Assembly (NCBI GenBank): GCA_965217185.1
Contig: OZ244252.1
Span: 896,001-960,000 of the forward strand
Length of the DNA stretch: 64,000 bases
Reading direction: 5' to 3'
From: an uncultured Candidatus Entotheonella sp.
GTDB taxonomy: Bacteria > Tectomicrobia > Entotheonellia > Entotheonellales > Entotheonellaceae
Shown here: positions 1-10,049 of the stretch, in pieces
Position numbering within the stretch: the stretch's first letter is position 1
Layout: each line of letters starts with the position of its first letter
Position numbers and translations under genes: made by a program
Notes under the pieces: generated by a model
Databases searched by the model: none
What the model saw: the letters and a program-made list of their open reading frames with translations, nothing else
Told to the model about the DNA's origin: nothing

Positions 1-1647
1 GTCGCTGACGTCGGCGTGCACGCGGAAGCCGAGGTCGAATAGCCGTTTCACCACCTCCTGGGCGTAGTCCACGTGGCGGTCGGCGATGGGAATCACGACG
101 GCTTGCGTGGGTGCCAGCCAGACCGGGAAGGCGCCGCCGTACATCTCGATGAGATAGGCGGTCATGCGCTCCATGGTGCTCACCACGCCGCGATGGATCA
201 TCACCGGCTGATGCTCCTGACCGTCCTCGCCGATGTAGATCAGGCCGAACTGGTTCGGCAAATGGAAGTCAATCTGGATGGTCGAGATCGTTTCTTCGCG
301 GCCGATGATGTCCCGCAACTGAATGTCGAGCTTCGGCCCGTAAAACGCCGCCTCGCCTGGTGCTTCCGTGTAAGGAAGCCCGAGCGCGTCCATGGCCTCG
401 CGCAGCACGTTTTCGGCCATGTCCCACATGGCGTCGTTGGCCACGTACTTCTCGGTGTTGGCCTGATCACGCAGCGACAGACGGTAGGTATATTCCTGGA
501 TGCCCAACGTCGCGTAGGCGCGCTCGACGAGGCGCATGACGTTGGAAAATTCCTCTTTGATCTGATCCTGTGTGCAAAAGATGTGCGCGTCGTTCAGCGT
601 CATCGTGCGCACCCGGCTGAGCCCCCCAACAACACCCGACTTCTCGTAGCGGTACATCGTTCCCAATTCGGCGATGCGGATAGGCAGGTCGCGGTAGCTA
701 TGCCGCTTGGAGGCATAGATGAGGATGTGGTGCGGGCAGTTCATGGGCCGCAGCACGAGGTTTTCGTACTCCAGCTCCATGCGCGGAAACATGTTGTCTT
801 TGTAATGCGACCAGTGACCGGAGGTTTCGTACAACTCCTGCTTGGCCAGGTGAGGGGTATACACGTGCTGGTAGCCGTCCCGCCGTTCTTCTTCGGTGAT
901 GTACGCTTCGAGCTCCCGGCGGATGGTGGCGCCTTTCGGGAGCCATAGCGGCAGGCCGGCGCCGATGAGCTCATGGCTGGTAAACAGCTCCAGCTCACGG
1001 CCCAGGCGCCGGTGGTCGCGCTGGCGCGCTTGCTCCAGCCGCCGCAGGTAATCGTCGAGGCCGGCTTTGTTCTCAAACACCGTGCCGTAAATGCGGGTCA
1101 GCATCGGGTTGCGCTCATTGCCGCGCCAGTATGCTCCGGCGGTGCGCATCACCTTCACGGCGTTCGCCTTGATCTTGCCTCCGTGCGCCACGTGCGGGCC
1201 GCGGCATAGATCGACGAATGCGTCATGTTGATAAACGGTGATGCGATTGCCTGCCTGCGGGGGCAACTCATTACCGTAATCGTCGTACTGCCCTCCCGCC
1301 ATGCCGTCGATCAATTCCAGCTTGTAAGGCTGATCGCTAAAGAGGTCACGCGCCTCCTCCAGGGTCACTTCGCGCACGTGAAAAGCATGCCGTTGCCGAA
1401 TGAGCGCCCTCATACGGTCCTCAATTGCCGCAAGGTCTTCTTCGTTCGGGACGCGGGGCAGGTCGAAATCGTAATAGAAGCCGTTTTCGATGGGGGGACC
1501 GATGGCCACCTTGGCCTCGGGAAAACTCTCAACCACCGCCTGCGCCATAATGTGGGCCGTCGAGTGCCGCAGCTTGTATAACTCCGGGTCATAGCCGGAG
1601 GGAATGTACTGCTCAGCATCTGCCTTCAACCGTTCTTCATCGCTCAC
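1..1647 (-). CDS. thrS: Threonyl-tRNA synthetase (3' end runs off window)
   Basis: Minus-strand frame from GTG at 1647 after an AAGGAG RBS reads ...LYKLRHSTAHIMAQAV...GPPIENGFYYDF...DLCRGPH...RPMNCPHH..., which are class II ThrRS motifs. Absent from the ORF track because it is open at the window edge. Confidence 0.96.
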   Translation of the reverse strand, partial: MSDEERLKADAEQYIPSGYDPELYKLRHSTAHIMAQAVVESFPEAKVAIGPPIENGFYYDFDLPRVPNEEDLAAIEDRMRALIRQRHAFHVREVTLEEARDLFSDQPYKLELIDGMAGGQYDDYGNELPPQAGNRITVYQHDAFVDLCRGPHVAHGGKIKANAVKVMRTAGAYWRGNERNPMLTRIYGTVFENKAGLDDYLRRLEQARQRDHRRLGRELELFTSHELIGAGLPLWLPKGATIRRELEAYITEEERRDGYQHVYTPHLAKQELYETSGHWSHYKDNMFPRMELEYENLVLRPMNCPHHILIYASKRHSYRDLPIRIAELGTMYRYEKSGVVGGLSRVRTMTLNDAHIFCTQDQIKEEFSNVMRLVERAYATLGIQEYTYRLSLRDQANTEKYVANDAMWDMAENVLREAMDALGLPYTEAPGEAAFYGPKLDIQLRDIIGREETISTIQIDFHLPNQFGLIYIGEDGQEHQPVMIHRGVVSTMERMTAYLIEMYGGAFPVWLAPTQAVVIPIADRHVDYAQEVVKRLFDLGFRVHADVSD

Positions 1648-1828
1648 GTCGAGTCTCCTTCAAATCTGCTTCTTGACAGCCTTACAAGAGCGCTGGAAAT
1701 TGCAGGTTTCGATCCCTGGGGGTAGATTCAGCGTTCAGGATCAAATGGTTGGATTTCCGGGATAAATCTGTCCCACATAGATTTGGGTAAGTAAACACAC
1801 AGACGGCAACAGGGAGGCGTCGCAGATC

Positions 1829-2455
1829 ATGAGGTATCTTGCCTGGACGGTCCTGTTTCTGCTGGTGAGTTGTGCTTGGGGACAAGACCTGCCGCAGCCG
1901 CAAATCGGGCAAGCGCAGGAGAAGCTCCGGGCATTGGGGTTCGAGGTCGGGGAAGCGGAAGACGTCCTTGATCCGCGCACGATCAAGGCGCTGGAAGGCT
2001 TCCAGCGAACCCGCCGGTTGGCCGTCACCGGTGAACTGGATACGGCGACCTTGCGTGCCCTCGGGCTTGCCGCCGGACTTCCCGAAGCCGAGGTCGACAC
2101 GGAACCCTCGCTCCTGCCCGTCTCATCTCCTTGGCGGCCGGTGCTGGAATACTTGCGTTTCTACGACTCGCAGCCAGCCCGCGTGGTGCTGCACGTCACG
2201 GCACGCTTCCGCGGCGACATGGCTCCAGCGGACTGGGTTAATCACCTGACAACCAATCCGGACACCCGCCGTCCCCGACTCACTTGGCAAATCGACAAGG
2301 TCGAGATGGCCAACGCCACTGCCACCGTGTACGTCCGCTCACAAATCCGCGTTGACGGGATTCAACAACCGCAATTGGAAGCGTTTTCTCTCGTTCGCTC
2401 CCCCGACGCGCAGTGGCTCATCGACGCCTGGCATAGCTACGATCCGAGCGAATGA
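1829..2455 (+). CDS. Secreted peptidoglycan-binding domain protein
   Basis: Signal-peptide-like N-terminus and a PG_binding_1-like motif AQEKLRALGF...TIKALEGFQRTRRLAVTGELDTATLRAL. Confidence 0.75.
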   Translation: MRYLAWTVLFLLVSCAWGQDLPQPQIGQAQEKLRALGFEVGEAEDVLDPRTIKALEGFQRTRRLAVTGELDTATLRALGLAAGLPEAEVDTEPSLLPVSSPWRPVLEYLRFYDSQPARVVLHVTARFRGDMAPADWVNHLTTNPDTRRPRLTWQIDKVEMANATATVYVRSQIRVDGIQQPQLEAFSLVRSPDAQWLIDAWHSYDPSE

Positions 2456-2470
2456 GCATCGGTTGTCCGC

Positions 2471-3187
2471 TCAATTGCTGCCGGGCCCGAGCCCCATGCG
2501 CGCCTTCAACGCCTGCAATCTATCCTGGGCTGCCGTGGGTTGCGTGCCCGCCAAAGCGCGGTCGATTTCAACGTCGGCTGACAACTCCACCTGCCCGACT
2601 TCCCCGTACGCCTGAGCCAGCGCTTCGTCCTCTTCCACCTTCTCCTTCATTCGTTCCAGCATGGCGATCGTGCTCGAGGCATCCACATTTGCCAGTTGCT
2701 GATTGATCTTCTTGGTGGAGGCGGCCGTCTTGGCGCGCGCCCTCAGCGTCACCAATTCATTCTCGTACGTGGTAATGGTGGACTTGAGTTGCTGCACCTT
2801 TCCCTGCAACTCGACGACCATGTTGTTTTGATGCTCGGCATCCTTGGACAGTGCCGCGGCGCGTTCACTGGCGGTCTCCTGTTGCGTCAGGGCCTGCGTT
2901 GCCAAGCGTTCCGCCTCGGCCGCGTCGAGGTGCCCGTCGCCCCCCCGTTGCAACAACAGCATGGCTTTGCGTTCGTACTCACCGGCCTGTCGGTTGGCGT
3001 CTTCCGACTCCTTCCCCAAGCGAATCGCAATCCCTTTGACTTCCGCCAACCCTTGCATGGCCCCTTGCAGGTCTTTTTTGAGGTCGCGGATGCCCTGCTC
3101 CGTCAGCTTGATCGGGTCTTCGAGCTTGTCGACGATGTTATGGGCCTGCGCCTGCCCTACCTTGAACAGCCTGGCGAAAATACTCAT
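2471..3187 (-). CDS. pspA: PspA/IM30 family protein
   Basis: MSIFARLFKV...VDKLEDPIKLTEQGIRDLKKDL, long coiled coil, C-terminal RLQALKARMG. Confidence 0.9.
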   Translation of the reverse strand: MSIFARLFKVGQAQAHNIVDKLEDPIKLTEQGIRDLKKDLQGAMQGLAEVKGIAIRLGKESEDANRQAGEYERKAMLLLQRGGDGHLDAAEAERLATQALTQQETASERAAALSKDAEHQNNMVVELQGKVQQLKSTITTYENELVTLRARAKTAASTKKINQQLANVDASSTIAMLERMKEKVEEDEALAQAYGEVGQVELSADVEIDRALAGTQPTAAQDRLQALKARMGLGPGSN

Positions 3188-3210
3188 GACGTGATCTCCC
3201 CGTGTTGACG

Positions 3211-3603
3211 CTACTGATGGCTGAACCCAATCAGTTCCGCGGCGTTTTCAGCCAAGGCCAGACTCAGGGCCTCAACCGTGCCTTCCACCTCATTCAGATC
3301 GAGATTGGCAAGCTGCAACGTATCGCGAAAAAGCACTCGCCTGCCCTCTTCGTCCAGGGCAAATGCCCCATGGACCAGGGTGCGATTCATCTGCAGCAAG
3401 CGCTTGAACATGTCGCCAGGGCGCCCCGGAACCTCCATGATCATCTGCTCGAAAATCAGTATCGGGTCCTCGCAGTCGATTACCAGATTCTTGATCCCGC
3501 GTTCTTCGTCATCGACCACGAGAATGCCCTCCGGCGGGTCCTCGTTCACGATGGAAAGCTGAAGCTCCTGCACGAACGCTTTGACGTCATCGAAATCAGT
3601 CAT
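3211..3603 (-). CDS. YbjN/CesT-like (type III chaperone fold) protein
   Basis: Acidic ~130-aa protein with KRLLQMNRTLVHGAFALDE...FRDTLQLANLD. Directly upstream of pspA. Confidence 0.7.
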   Translation of the reverse strand: MTDFDDVKAFVQELQLSIVNEDPPEGILVVDDEERGIKNLVIDCEDPILIFEQMIMEVPGRPGDMFKRLLQMNRTLVHGAFALDEEGRRVLFRDTLQLANLDLNEVEGTVEALSLALAENAAELIGFSHQ

Positions 3604-3704
3604 CGAATTCCCCTCTGCACTTACCGTTAACGCCAACCTGTCTTCCCGCAAATGGATGGCGCAATTGTAACAAAAAGGTACCGCTACAGACGGCTTGGGC
3701 TGCC

Positions 3705-6575
3705 TTATTCAGGCTCCACAGCCTCCCACAGCACCTCGACCAGATGACGCGCTGCCCGACCGGTCGCATGATGGATTTGCTGCCGGCACGAAATGCCGTC
3801 CGCCACGATCTCGACGTCAGGTTCGGCGCCCTCTACCGCCGGGAACAGGCGTTGCCTGCCGATGTCCATCGACAGGTCGTAATGTTCCGCCTCGTAGCCA
3901 AACGAGCCCGCCATGCCGCAGCAGCCCGAGGCGATCTCTTCCACCTCGTAGCCCGACGGCAGCCGCAACAGGGCCAGGGTCGGCGCAGTGCCGATCAGCG
4001 CCTTCTGATGACAGTGGCCATGCAACAACAGCCGTTTGGGAGCATCGGTGAACGTCAGGTCCAGTTCATCGCGTTGCTGAAGCTGGTGTAGAAACTCGTC
4101 GATGCTGATGGCGTGGTCCGCCACGAGTTGGGCATCGGGTCCAGGTATTAGGTCCAGATAGTCGTCCCGCAGCGTCAGGATGCAACTGGGCTCGACACCG
4201 ATGATCGGCATGCCTTGCCGCGCATACGGCGCCAACAGGGCGATGTTGTAGCGGGCGTATTCGCGCGCCTGTTCCAGGCTGCCCTTGGAAATCGCCGGTC
4301 GGCCGCAGCATTTCCGCGCAACCAGCGCGACCTCATAACCGGCGGCCTGCAGCAACTTGGTAGCTGCTTGGCCGACCTCGGGCTGGTTGTATTCCATAAA
4401 CGTATCGTGAAACAGCACGACCGTGCCCCGCTTGCCGTTCCGGTTTTGGGGCCGCTGGGCGTGGAACCAACTGCTGAACGTCTCGGACGCGAATGCCGGT
4501 AACGTCCGCTGAGCCGCCACCCCGAGGCGCCCTTGCAACCATCTGGATAATGGGTGCCGGGCCAGCCGGTTCGAGATGGGCGCGAACAGGTGACCCAGCC
4601 GGTTGACCGTGGCGATGTTGGCGAAAATCCTTGACCGCAGCGGCATGCCGTGGCGGGCGTAATAGTGGCTCAACATCTCATATTTCAGCTTGGCCATGTC
4701 CACGTTCGAAGGGCATTCCGTCTTGCACGCCTTGCATTCGAGACACAGGTCGAGCGTGTCGTACATGGCCTTGCTGGTGAACGCCTCCTGCGGCACGTGG
4801 CCGGAAAGCACCGCCCGCAAGGCATTGGCGCGCCCGCGCGTCGAGTGCGTCTCGTCGCGCGTGGCCATATACGACGGGCACATCGTCCCCTCGCTCAGCT
4901 TGCGACAGGCGCCGTTGCCGTTGCACATGTCGATGGCGGTGGCAAACCCGCCGTCTCGGGTGAAATCGAGGTTGGTCTTGAAATCAATCGCGCGATACGT
5001 CGGCCCATGGCGCAGGTTCTCCGTCGGTGCGGGGCCGTCCACCACCTTGCCGGGATTCATGCGGTTATCGGGGTCAAAGGCGCGTTTCACGTCTTTGAAC
5101 GCTTTGTAGAGCGTCGGACCGAAATGCTTCTCGTTGAGCCAACTGCGGGCCAGGCCGTCGCCGTGTTCGCCGCTCATGCAGCCGCCGAATTCCATGACGA
5201 GGTCGCTGATTTCCCGCATCATGGCGACCATCTTGTCGACGCCGTCCTGGTTCTTGAGATCGATGCCGGGCCGGATGTGCAGGCAACCGACGCTGGAATG
5301 GCCGTAATAGCCGGCGGTGGTGTCGTGGTCGGCGATGATCTGGCGGAAGCGCCGCAGGAATTCCGGCAGCTTGGCCGGATCGACCGCGGTGTCCTCGACG
5401 AACGCAACGGGCTTGCGCGCCTCACGGGTTCCCATCAGAATCCCGAGGCCCGCTTTTCTCATTTTCCAGACGTCGGCCTGCGCCTGCGCCGTCAATGCGG
5501 GTGAATAGGCGTAGCCCCACTTCTGCCGCCGCAGACTTGCTTCCAGTTTCTCAACCTTGTCGGCGACCTCCTGCGGCGAGTCCCCATAAAACTCCGAGAC
5601 CACCAAAGCATCCGGCTCACCCTGCAAAAAAGGCAGCCGTCCGGCGAATTCCTTGGCGGCGCGGGCGCCCTCGACGATCTTCCGGTCGACCATCTCGATA
5701 GCCGACGGCTCGTATGGCAGAATCGCCTCGGTTGCTTCGACCGCCGCAATCAGGTCGTCGAAGTGGGTGACTAATACGGCCGTGGCCTGCGGACGAGGCA
5801 TGATGCGCACCTTGGCTGCCGTGACCACGGCAAGCGTGCCCTCCGAGCCGACCACCATCTTGGCAAGATTCGTCGGCGCGTCGGTGATGAACTCGTCAAG
5901 GTTGTAGCCGCTCACCCGGCGCAACAGCTTCGGATAGCGTTCCAAAACAGCGTCGCGGTTGTCTTGAGCGACCCGTAGCACGTCTCGGTAGATACCGGCC
6001 TCCAGCGTGTCCTCGCGGATAATCTGCTCAACCTCCGCCTTCTCCATGGGTCTGAATAGCGCCGTGCTGCCATCCGAAAGCACGACCTTGAGTTCGAGGA
6101 CGTGGTCGATCGTCTTGCCGTAGAGAATGGATCGCGCACCGGCCGAGTTGTTGCCGATCATGCCGCCTATCGTGGCACGGCTGCTGGTCGAGGTATCGGG
6201 GCCGAATAGGAACCCGTGCGGCCGCAGGTAGGCATTGAGCTGGTCCTGCACCACGCCCGGTTGCACCCACGCCCAGTGTTCCTCGGTATTCAGTTCCAGT
6301 ACCTGATGCATGTGATTGGACATGTCGAGAATGACCGCCCGGCCGACGGTCTGCCCGGCGAGCGCCGTGCCGCCGCCGCGCGGCAACACCGGAACGCCAT
6401 GCTGCCGGGCCACGCGCACCGTCGCCTCGACGTCATCGGCGTGGCGGGGTATCACCACCCCCAACGGCTCGATCTGGTAAATACTGGCGTCGGTGCTGTA
6501 CAGCAGGCGGCTGAACGTGTCGAAACGCACCTCACCGTCGATGTGTTTCTCCAAGTCCCGGCGTAAGTCGTCCAT
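3705..6575 (-). CDS. FAD-linked oxidase with Fe-S/CCG domains (GlcD-GlpC / YdiJ-like 2-hydroxyacid dehydrogenase)
   Basis: PRGGGTALAGQ, GEHGDG, CNGNGAC, CLECKACKTECP and two CCG motifs. Confidence 0.9.
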   Translation of the reverse strand: MDDLRRDLEKHIDGEVRFDTFSRLLYSTDASIYQIEPLGVVIPRHADDVEATVRVARQHGVPVLPRGGGTALAGQTVGRAVILDMSNHMHQVLELNTEEHWAWVQPGVVQDQLNAYLRPHGFLFGPDTSTSSRATIGGMIGNNSAGARSILYGKTIDHVLELKVVLSDGSTALFRPMEKAEVEQIIREDTLEAGIYRDVLRVAQDNRDAVLERYPKLLRRVSGYNLDEFITDAPTNLAKMVVGSEGTLAVVTAAKVRIMPRPQATAVLVTHFDDLIAAVEATEAILPYEPSAIEMVDRKIVEGARAAKEFAGRLPFLQGEPDALVVSEFYGDSPQEVADKVEKLEASLRRQKWGYAYSPALTAQAQADVWKMRKAGLGILMGTREARKPVAFVEDTAVDPAKLPEFLRRFRQIIADHDTTAGYYGHSSVGCLHIRPGIDLKNQDGVDKMVAMMREISDLVMEFGGCMSGEHGDGLARSWLNEKHFGPTLYKAFKDVKRAFDPDNRMNPGKVVDGPAPTENLRHGPTYRAIDFKTNLDFTRDGGFATAIDMCNGNGACRKLSEGTMCPSYMATRDETHSTRGRANALRAVLSGHVPQEAFTSKAMYDTLDLCLECKACKTECPSNVDMAKLKYEMLSHYYARHGMPLRSRIFANIATVNRLGHLFAPISNRLARHPLSRWLQGRLGVAAQRTLPAFASETFSSWFHAQRPQNRNGKRGTVVLFHDTFMEYNQPEVGQAATKLLQAAGYEVALVARKCCGRPAISKGSLEQAREYARYNIALLAPYARQGMPIIGVEPSCILTLRDDYLDLIPGPDAQLVADHAISIDEFLHQLQQRDELDLTFTDAPKRLLLHGHCHQKALIGTAPTLALLRLPSGYEVEEIASGCCGMAGSFGYEAEHYDLSMDIGRQRLFPAVEGAEPDVEIVADGISCRQQIHHATGRAARHLVEVLWEAVEPE

Positions 6576-6714
6576 ATTCCATTGTCCTCACGATAAGATG
6601 CGTTGTCGATCAGCGCGTCCTGGGCGGTTGCAAGTCGAATAGGCATGCCGTAGGATTTTTGTCGCCTTTGAGCGTAGAACCTGAACCATAGCATATTGTT
6701 GAAGGAGAGAAAAA

Positions 6715-6879
6715 ATGACATCGTGCCCGGAATGTGAAGCGGATGTCCCTGTGGATAACGATCTTGAGACAGGCGAAATCATCCTGTGCGAGGAGTGCGG
6801 CGCCGAGTTGGAAGTGATCAGCGAAGACCCGCTGAAATTTGCCCTGGCGCCCGACGAAGAAGAGGACTGGGGAGAATAG
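6715..6879 (+). CDS. lysW: Amino-group carrier protein LysW
   Basis: 54-aa ORF below the track cutoff: MTSCPECEADV...LCEECGAELEV...EEEDWGE*. It has two CxxC motifs, the diagnostic C-terminal EDWGE and a GAAGGAG RBS. Confidence 0.97.
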   Translation: MTSCPECEADVPVDNDLETGEIILCEECGAELEVISEDPLKFALAPDEEEDWGE

Positions 6880-6888
6880 GACGCACAT

Positions 6889-7734
6889 ATGCTTATTGGG
6901 GTACTGTGTTCTCGCATCCGGGTTGAGGAAAAGCTCTTGTTTGAGGCGTTCAAAGCCCAAGGAATGGCCTACGAAAAACTCGATGATCGGACGTTGATTT
7001 TCGACCTGCACGACCCCGCCCCGTTCCGCAAATACGACCTCATCCTCGAACGCGCCATTAACCACTCGCGCGCTCAATACGCCCTCCACATGCTCAACGA
7101 CTGGGGTGTCAAGACCGTCAACACCGCCCACACCGCCCACATCTGCGGCGACAAGGTCCTGACCACGCAGGCGCTGCGGCAGCACAACCTGCCGGTGCCG
7201 CGCAACTTGGTCGCCTTTACCCCGGAATCGGCTCTGGAGGCCATCGAACAACTCGGCTATCCCGTCGTCCTCAAGCCCTGTGTCGGGTCGTGGGGTCGCT
7301 TGGTGGCGAAGATCAACGACCGGCAGGCGGCGGAGGCGATACTTGAGCACAAGCAGATTCTGGGGTCGTATCACCATTCGATCTACTACATACAGGAATA
7401 TGTCGACAAGCCGGGCTACGACATTCGCTCTTTTGTCGTCGGCGACGAAACGATCTGCGCCATCTACCGCACCTCCGACCACTGGATTACCAACACGGCT
7501 CTGGGCGGCAAGGCGTCGAATTGCCCCGTCACGCCGGAGATCGATACTCTGTCGCGTGCCGCGGCCAAGGCCGTCGGCGGCGGCATGCTGGCGGTCGACC
7601 TGCTGGAAACGCCGGACGGCCTGTGGGTGAACGAGGTGAACTACACCATGGAGTTTCGCAACAGCATCGACACCACCGGCGTCGATATCCCGCGCAAGAT
7701 GGTCGAATATATTCGACGAGAGGCGTCGGCATGA
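6889..7734 (+). CDS. lysX: LysW-aminoadipate/glutamate ligase (ATP-grasp, RimK family)
   Basis: [44 protein letters not shown]. Follows lysW. Confidence 0.93.
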   Translation: MLIGVLCSRIRVEEKLLFEAFKAQGMAYEKLDDRTLIFDLHDPAPFRKYDLILERAINHSRAQYALHMLNDWGVKTVNTAHTAHICGDKVLTTQALRQHNLPVPRNLVAFTPESALEAIEQLGYPVVLKPCVGSWGRLVAKINDRQAAEAILEHKQILGSYHHSIYYIQEYVDKPGYDIRSFVVGDETICAIYRTSDHWITNTALGGKASNCPVTPEIDTLSRAAAKAVGGGMLAVDLLETPDGLWVNEVNYTMEFRNSIDTTGVDIPRKMVEYIRREASA

Positions 7735-8780
7735 GCCGCCTCACGGTTGCCGTGGCGGGAGGCTCGGGCTACATCGGCGGCGAGTTGGTGCGGCTGCTCC
7801 TGCAGCATCCGGCGGTGGAGCTGACGCAGGTCACCTCGGAAAGCAACCGGGGCAAATTCCTGCACCAGGTGCATCCCAACCTGCGCCAGCAGACACGCCT
7901 TAAATTTGTCCGCATGGACGAGTTGCAGGATTGCGACATTCTCTTTCTCGCCCTGCCCCACGGCATGACACAGAGTCGCCTGGACACCCTGCAAACCCTG
8001 AGCGACCGGATCATCGACCTGAGCAGCGATTTTCGGTTGCGGGACCCGCTTCTGTATAAAACTTGGTACGGACACGAGCATGCCTGCCCGGAACGACTGT
8101 CGTCATTCGTCTACGGCATTCCCGAATTGCACCGCGACGCCATCGCCGCCGCGACCCACGTCAGCGGCGCGGGTTGCCTGGCTACCGCCACCCTGCTCGG
8201 CCTTTATCCCCTTGCCCGTGCTGGCCTGCTGGCTTCTGATGCGCCGATTGTCGTCGAAGCCAAGGTCGGCTCCTCGGCCTCCGGCAACAAGCCCAGCCTC
8301 GCCTCGCATCACCCGGAACGCCACGGCGCCGTGCGTTCCTTCAAGCCCACGGGTCACCGCCACACCGCAGAGGTCATCCAGGAGTTGAGCGGCAACACGC
8401 CGCTGTCGGTGCATTTCTCGGCCACCGCCATTGAGATGGTGCGCGGCGTACTGACCACCTCGCACGTTTTCCTGGACCCGCCACTACGCGAGAACGATAT
8501 CCGAAGCCTGTATCGCGAGGCCTACAAGGACGAGCCCTTCATGCGCCTCGTGAAGGAAAAACAGGGGGCGTACCGCTACCCGGAACCGAAAATTATCAGC
8601 GGCTCCAATTTCTGCGATGTCGGCTTTGAGAGTGACCCGCACAGCGGCCGCGTTGTCGTCCTCTGCGCTCTGGATAATCTCGTCAAAGGCGGCGCCGGCA
8701 ACGGCGTGCAGGCCATGAACTGCATGCTGGGTCTCGACGAAGCCACCGGGCTGACCTTCCCCGGCTTGCATCCGGTGTGA
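7731..8780 (+). CDS. lysY: LysW-gamma-aminoadipyl/glutamyl-phosphate reductase (ArgC family)
   Basis: [41 protein letters not shown] overlap with lysX. Confidence 0.92.
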   Translation: MSRLTVAVAGGSGYIGGELVRLLLQHPAVELTQVTSESNRGKFLHQVHPNLRQQTRLKFVRMDELQDCDILFLALPHGMTQSRLDTLQTLSDRIIDLSSDFRLRDPLLYKTWYGHEHACPERLSSFVYGIPELHRDAIAAATHVSGAGCLATATLLGLYPLARAGLLASDAPIVVEAKVGSSASGNKPSLASHHPERHGAVRSFKPTGHRHTAEVIQELSGNTPLSVHFSATAIEMVRGVLTTSHVFLDPPLRENDIRSLYREAYKDEPFMRLVKEKQGAYRYPEPKIISGSNFCDVGFESDPHSGRVVVLCALDNLVKGGAGNGVQAMNCMLGLDEATGLTFPGLHPV

Positions 8781-8885
8781 TGGGTGACGGAGCGGACTGA
8801 TCGGTGTTTTTCCACAGCAACGAGATGGGTTTCCGATGGTGACTCGCATCCAAGCGTACAGGGACCAAGAGAGGAGTTTTCTGCA

Positions 8886-9077
8886 ATGCAAACCGTAAAG
8901 TTTGTCTATTGGGAAGAGGACGGAGCGTGGATTGGCTATCTCCAGGATTACCCCGACTATTGGACCCAAGGCGAGACGCTGGATGACCTCCGAGAACACC
9001 TGCGAGACATTTATGACGACGTGACCAGTGGGGAGTTGCCTGGCATCCGCAAGGTCGATGAACTCGTCGTGCCGTGA
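8886..9077 (+). CDS. HicB-like antitoxin (short form)
   Basis: MQTVKFVYWEEDGAWIGYLQDYPDYWTQGETLDDLREHL, containing the HicB TQGET motif. Confidence 0.8.
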   Translation: MQTVKFVYWEEDGAWIGYLQDYPDYWTQGETLDDLREHLRDIYDDVTSGELPGIRKVDELVVP

Positions 9078-9147
9078 AGCGAGTCGATCTGATCAGAACC
9101 ATTGAGGGATTTGGTTGTATCCTCGTGCGACATGGCGGTAAGCACGA
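9074..9147 (+). pseudogene. HicA toxin, 5' fragment only
   Basis: GTGA overlap with hicB. Reads MKRVDLIRTIEGFGCILVRHGGKH, then similarity ends abruptly. Confidence 0.7.
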
Positions 9148-9252
9148 GCGGAAGAAGAAGGTCTCGCTCCAGACGCCATCGAAGAAATGTACCGTGACCT
9201 TGTGAACTACTTTATTGAGGAAGAGTTGAAGGCTTGGAAGACAGAGACCTGA
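9148..9252 (+). pseudogene. 3' fragment of a PchB-like isochorismate-pyruvate lyase/chorismate mutase
   Basis: A frame different from hicA reads AEEEGLAPDAIEEMYRDLVNYFIEEELKAWKTET*, resembling the PchB C-terminus. Confidence 0.55.
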
Positions 9253-9320
9253 AGTGGCGTGCCCTAATAAGGTGGCGTTGGAGTGACAGGAGCAGTTGCC
9301 TTCGTCTTACGTTGCACGGC

Positions 9321-9335
9321 ATCTCATTGTGAGAT
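9321..9335. promoter_or_regulatory. Putative higBA operator palindrome
   Basis: ATCTCA-TTG-TGAGAT, 12 bp before the higB start. Confidence 0.55.
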
Positions 9336-9347
9336 ACGGTGCGTCCT

Positions 9348-9635
9348 ATGCATGTTATCTCTCGCAAAGCGCTACGTGAATTTTGGCAACAGTACCCCGA
9401 CAGCGAAAGCGCCCTCTCCCGCTGGTTCAAAATCATGCAACGGAGTGATTTCAACAGTTTTGATGCCCTACGTACCACCTTCCCATCCGCTGACAAAGTG
9501 GGGGACTTCATCGTATTCAACATTGGAGGCAACAAATATCGGCTCATTGCTTCCATCCATTTCAATCGCGGCAAGGTTTACATCCGTCACCTGCTAACCC
9601 ACCGTGACTATGAGCGAGAGGCGTGGAAACGATGA
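9348..9635 (+). CDS. higB: HigB-type mRNA interferase toxin
   Basis: MHVISRKALREFW...FPSADKVG...VFNIGGNKYRLI...LTHRDY. Confidence 0.9.
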   Translation: MHVISRKALREFWQQYPDSESALSRWFKIMQRSDFNSFDALRTTFPSADKVGDFIVFNIGGNKYRLIASIHFNRGKVYIRHLLTHRDYEREAWKR

Positions 9636-10030
9636 CTGCTATCAGACAGGACATTCCCAAACACTGGACCGCGATTAGCCCGCTCCTGACTGTTCGCAAT
9701 GAGCAGGAATACGATCTGGCCGTCGAACGGCTCAACGGTTTGCTTGATGAAATCGGTACCAACGAGCAGCATCCGCTTTATACGCTGTTGGATACACTTG
9801 GCACTGTGCTCCATGTCTACGAGGAAGAACACCATCCCATGCCAGAGTGTAGTGGTGCGGTCATGCTGAACTTCCTTATGGATGAGCACGGCCTGACTCA
9901 ATCAGACCTGCCAGAGGTCGGTTCACAAGGGGTGGTCTCTGAAGTTTTGCATGGTAAACGGGAATTGAATGTCAGACAGATTCGGGCCTTGTCAAAACGG
10001 TTCAACGTATCGCCAGCGGTGTTTATCTAA
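9632..10030 (+). CDS. higA: HigA-type HTH antitoxin
   Basis: C-terminal HTH LMDEHGLTQSDLPEVGSQGVVSEVLHGKRELNVRQI. ATGA overlap with higB. Confidence 0.9.
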   Translation: MTAIRQDIPKHWTAISPLLTVRNEQEYDLAVERLNGLLDEIGTNEQHPLYTLLDTLGTVLHVYEEEHHPMPECSGAVMLNFLMDEHGLTQSDLPEVGSQGVVSEVLHGKRELNVRQIRALSKRFNVSPAVFI

Positions 10031-10049
10031 CCACTCATAAGGAAACGCA

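Noticed and set aside
73..1619. Several plus- and minus-strand ORFs in the track
   Set aside because: Shadows of thrS, which is open on the minus strand to the window edge.
6588..6953. 121-aa minus-strand ORF
   Set aside because: Antisense to lysW/lysX, which carry the diagnostic motifs.
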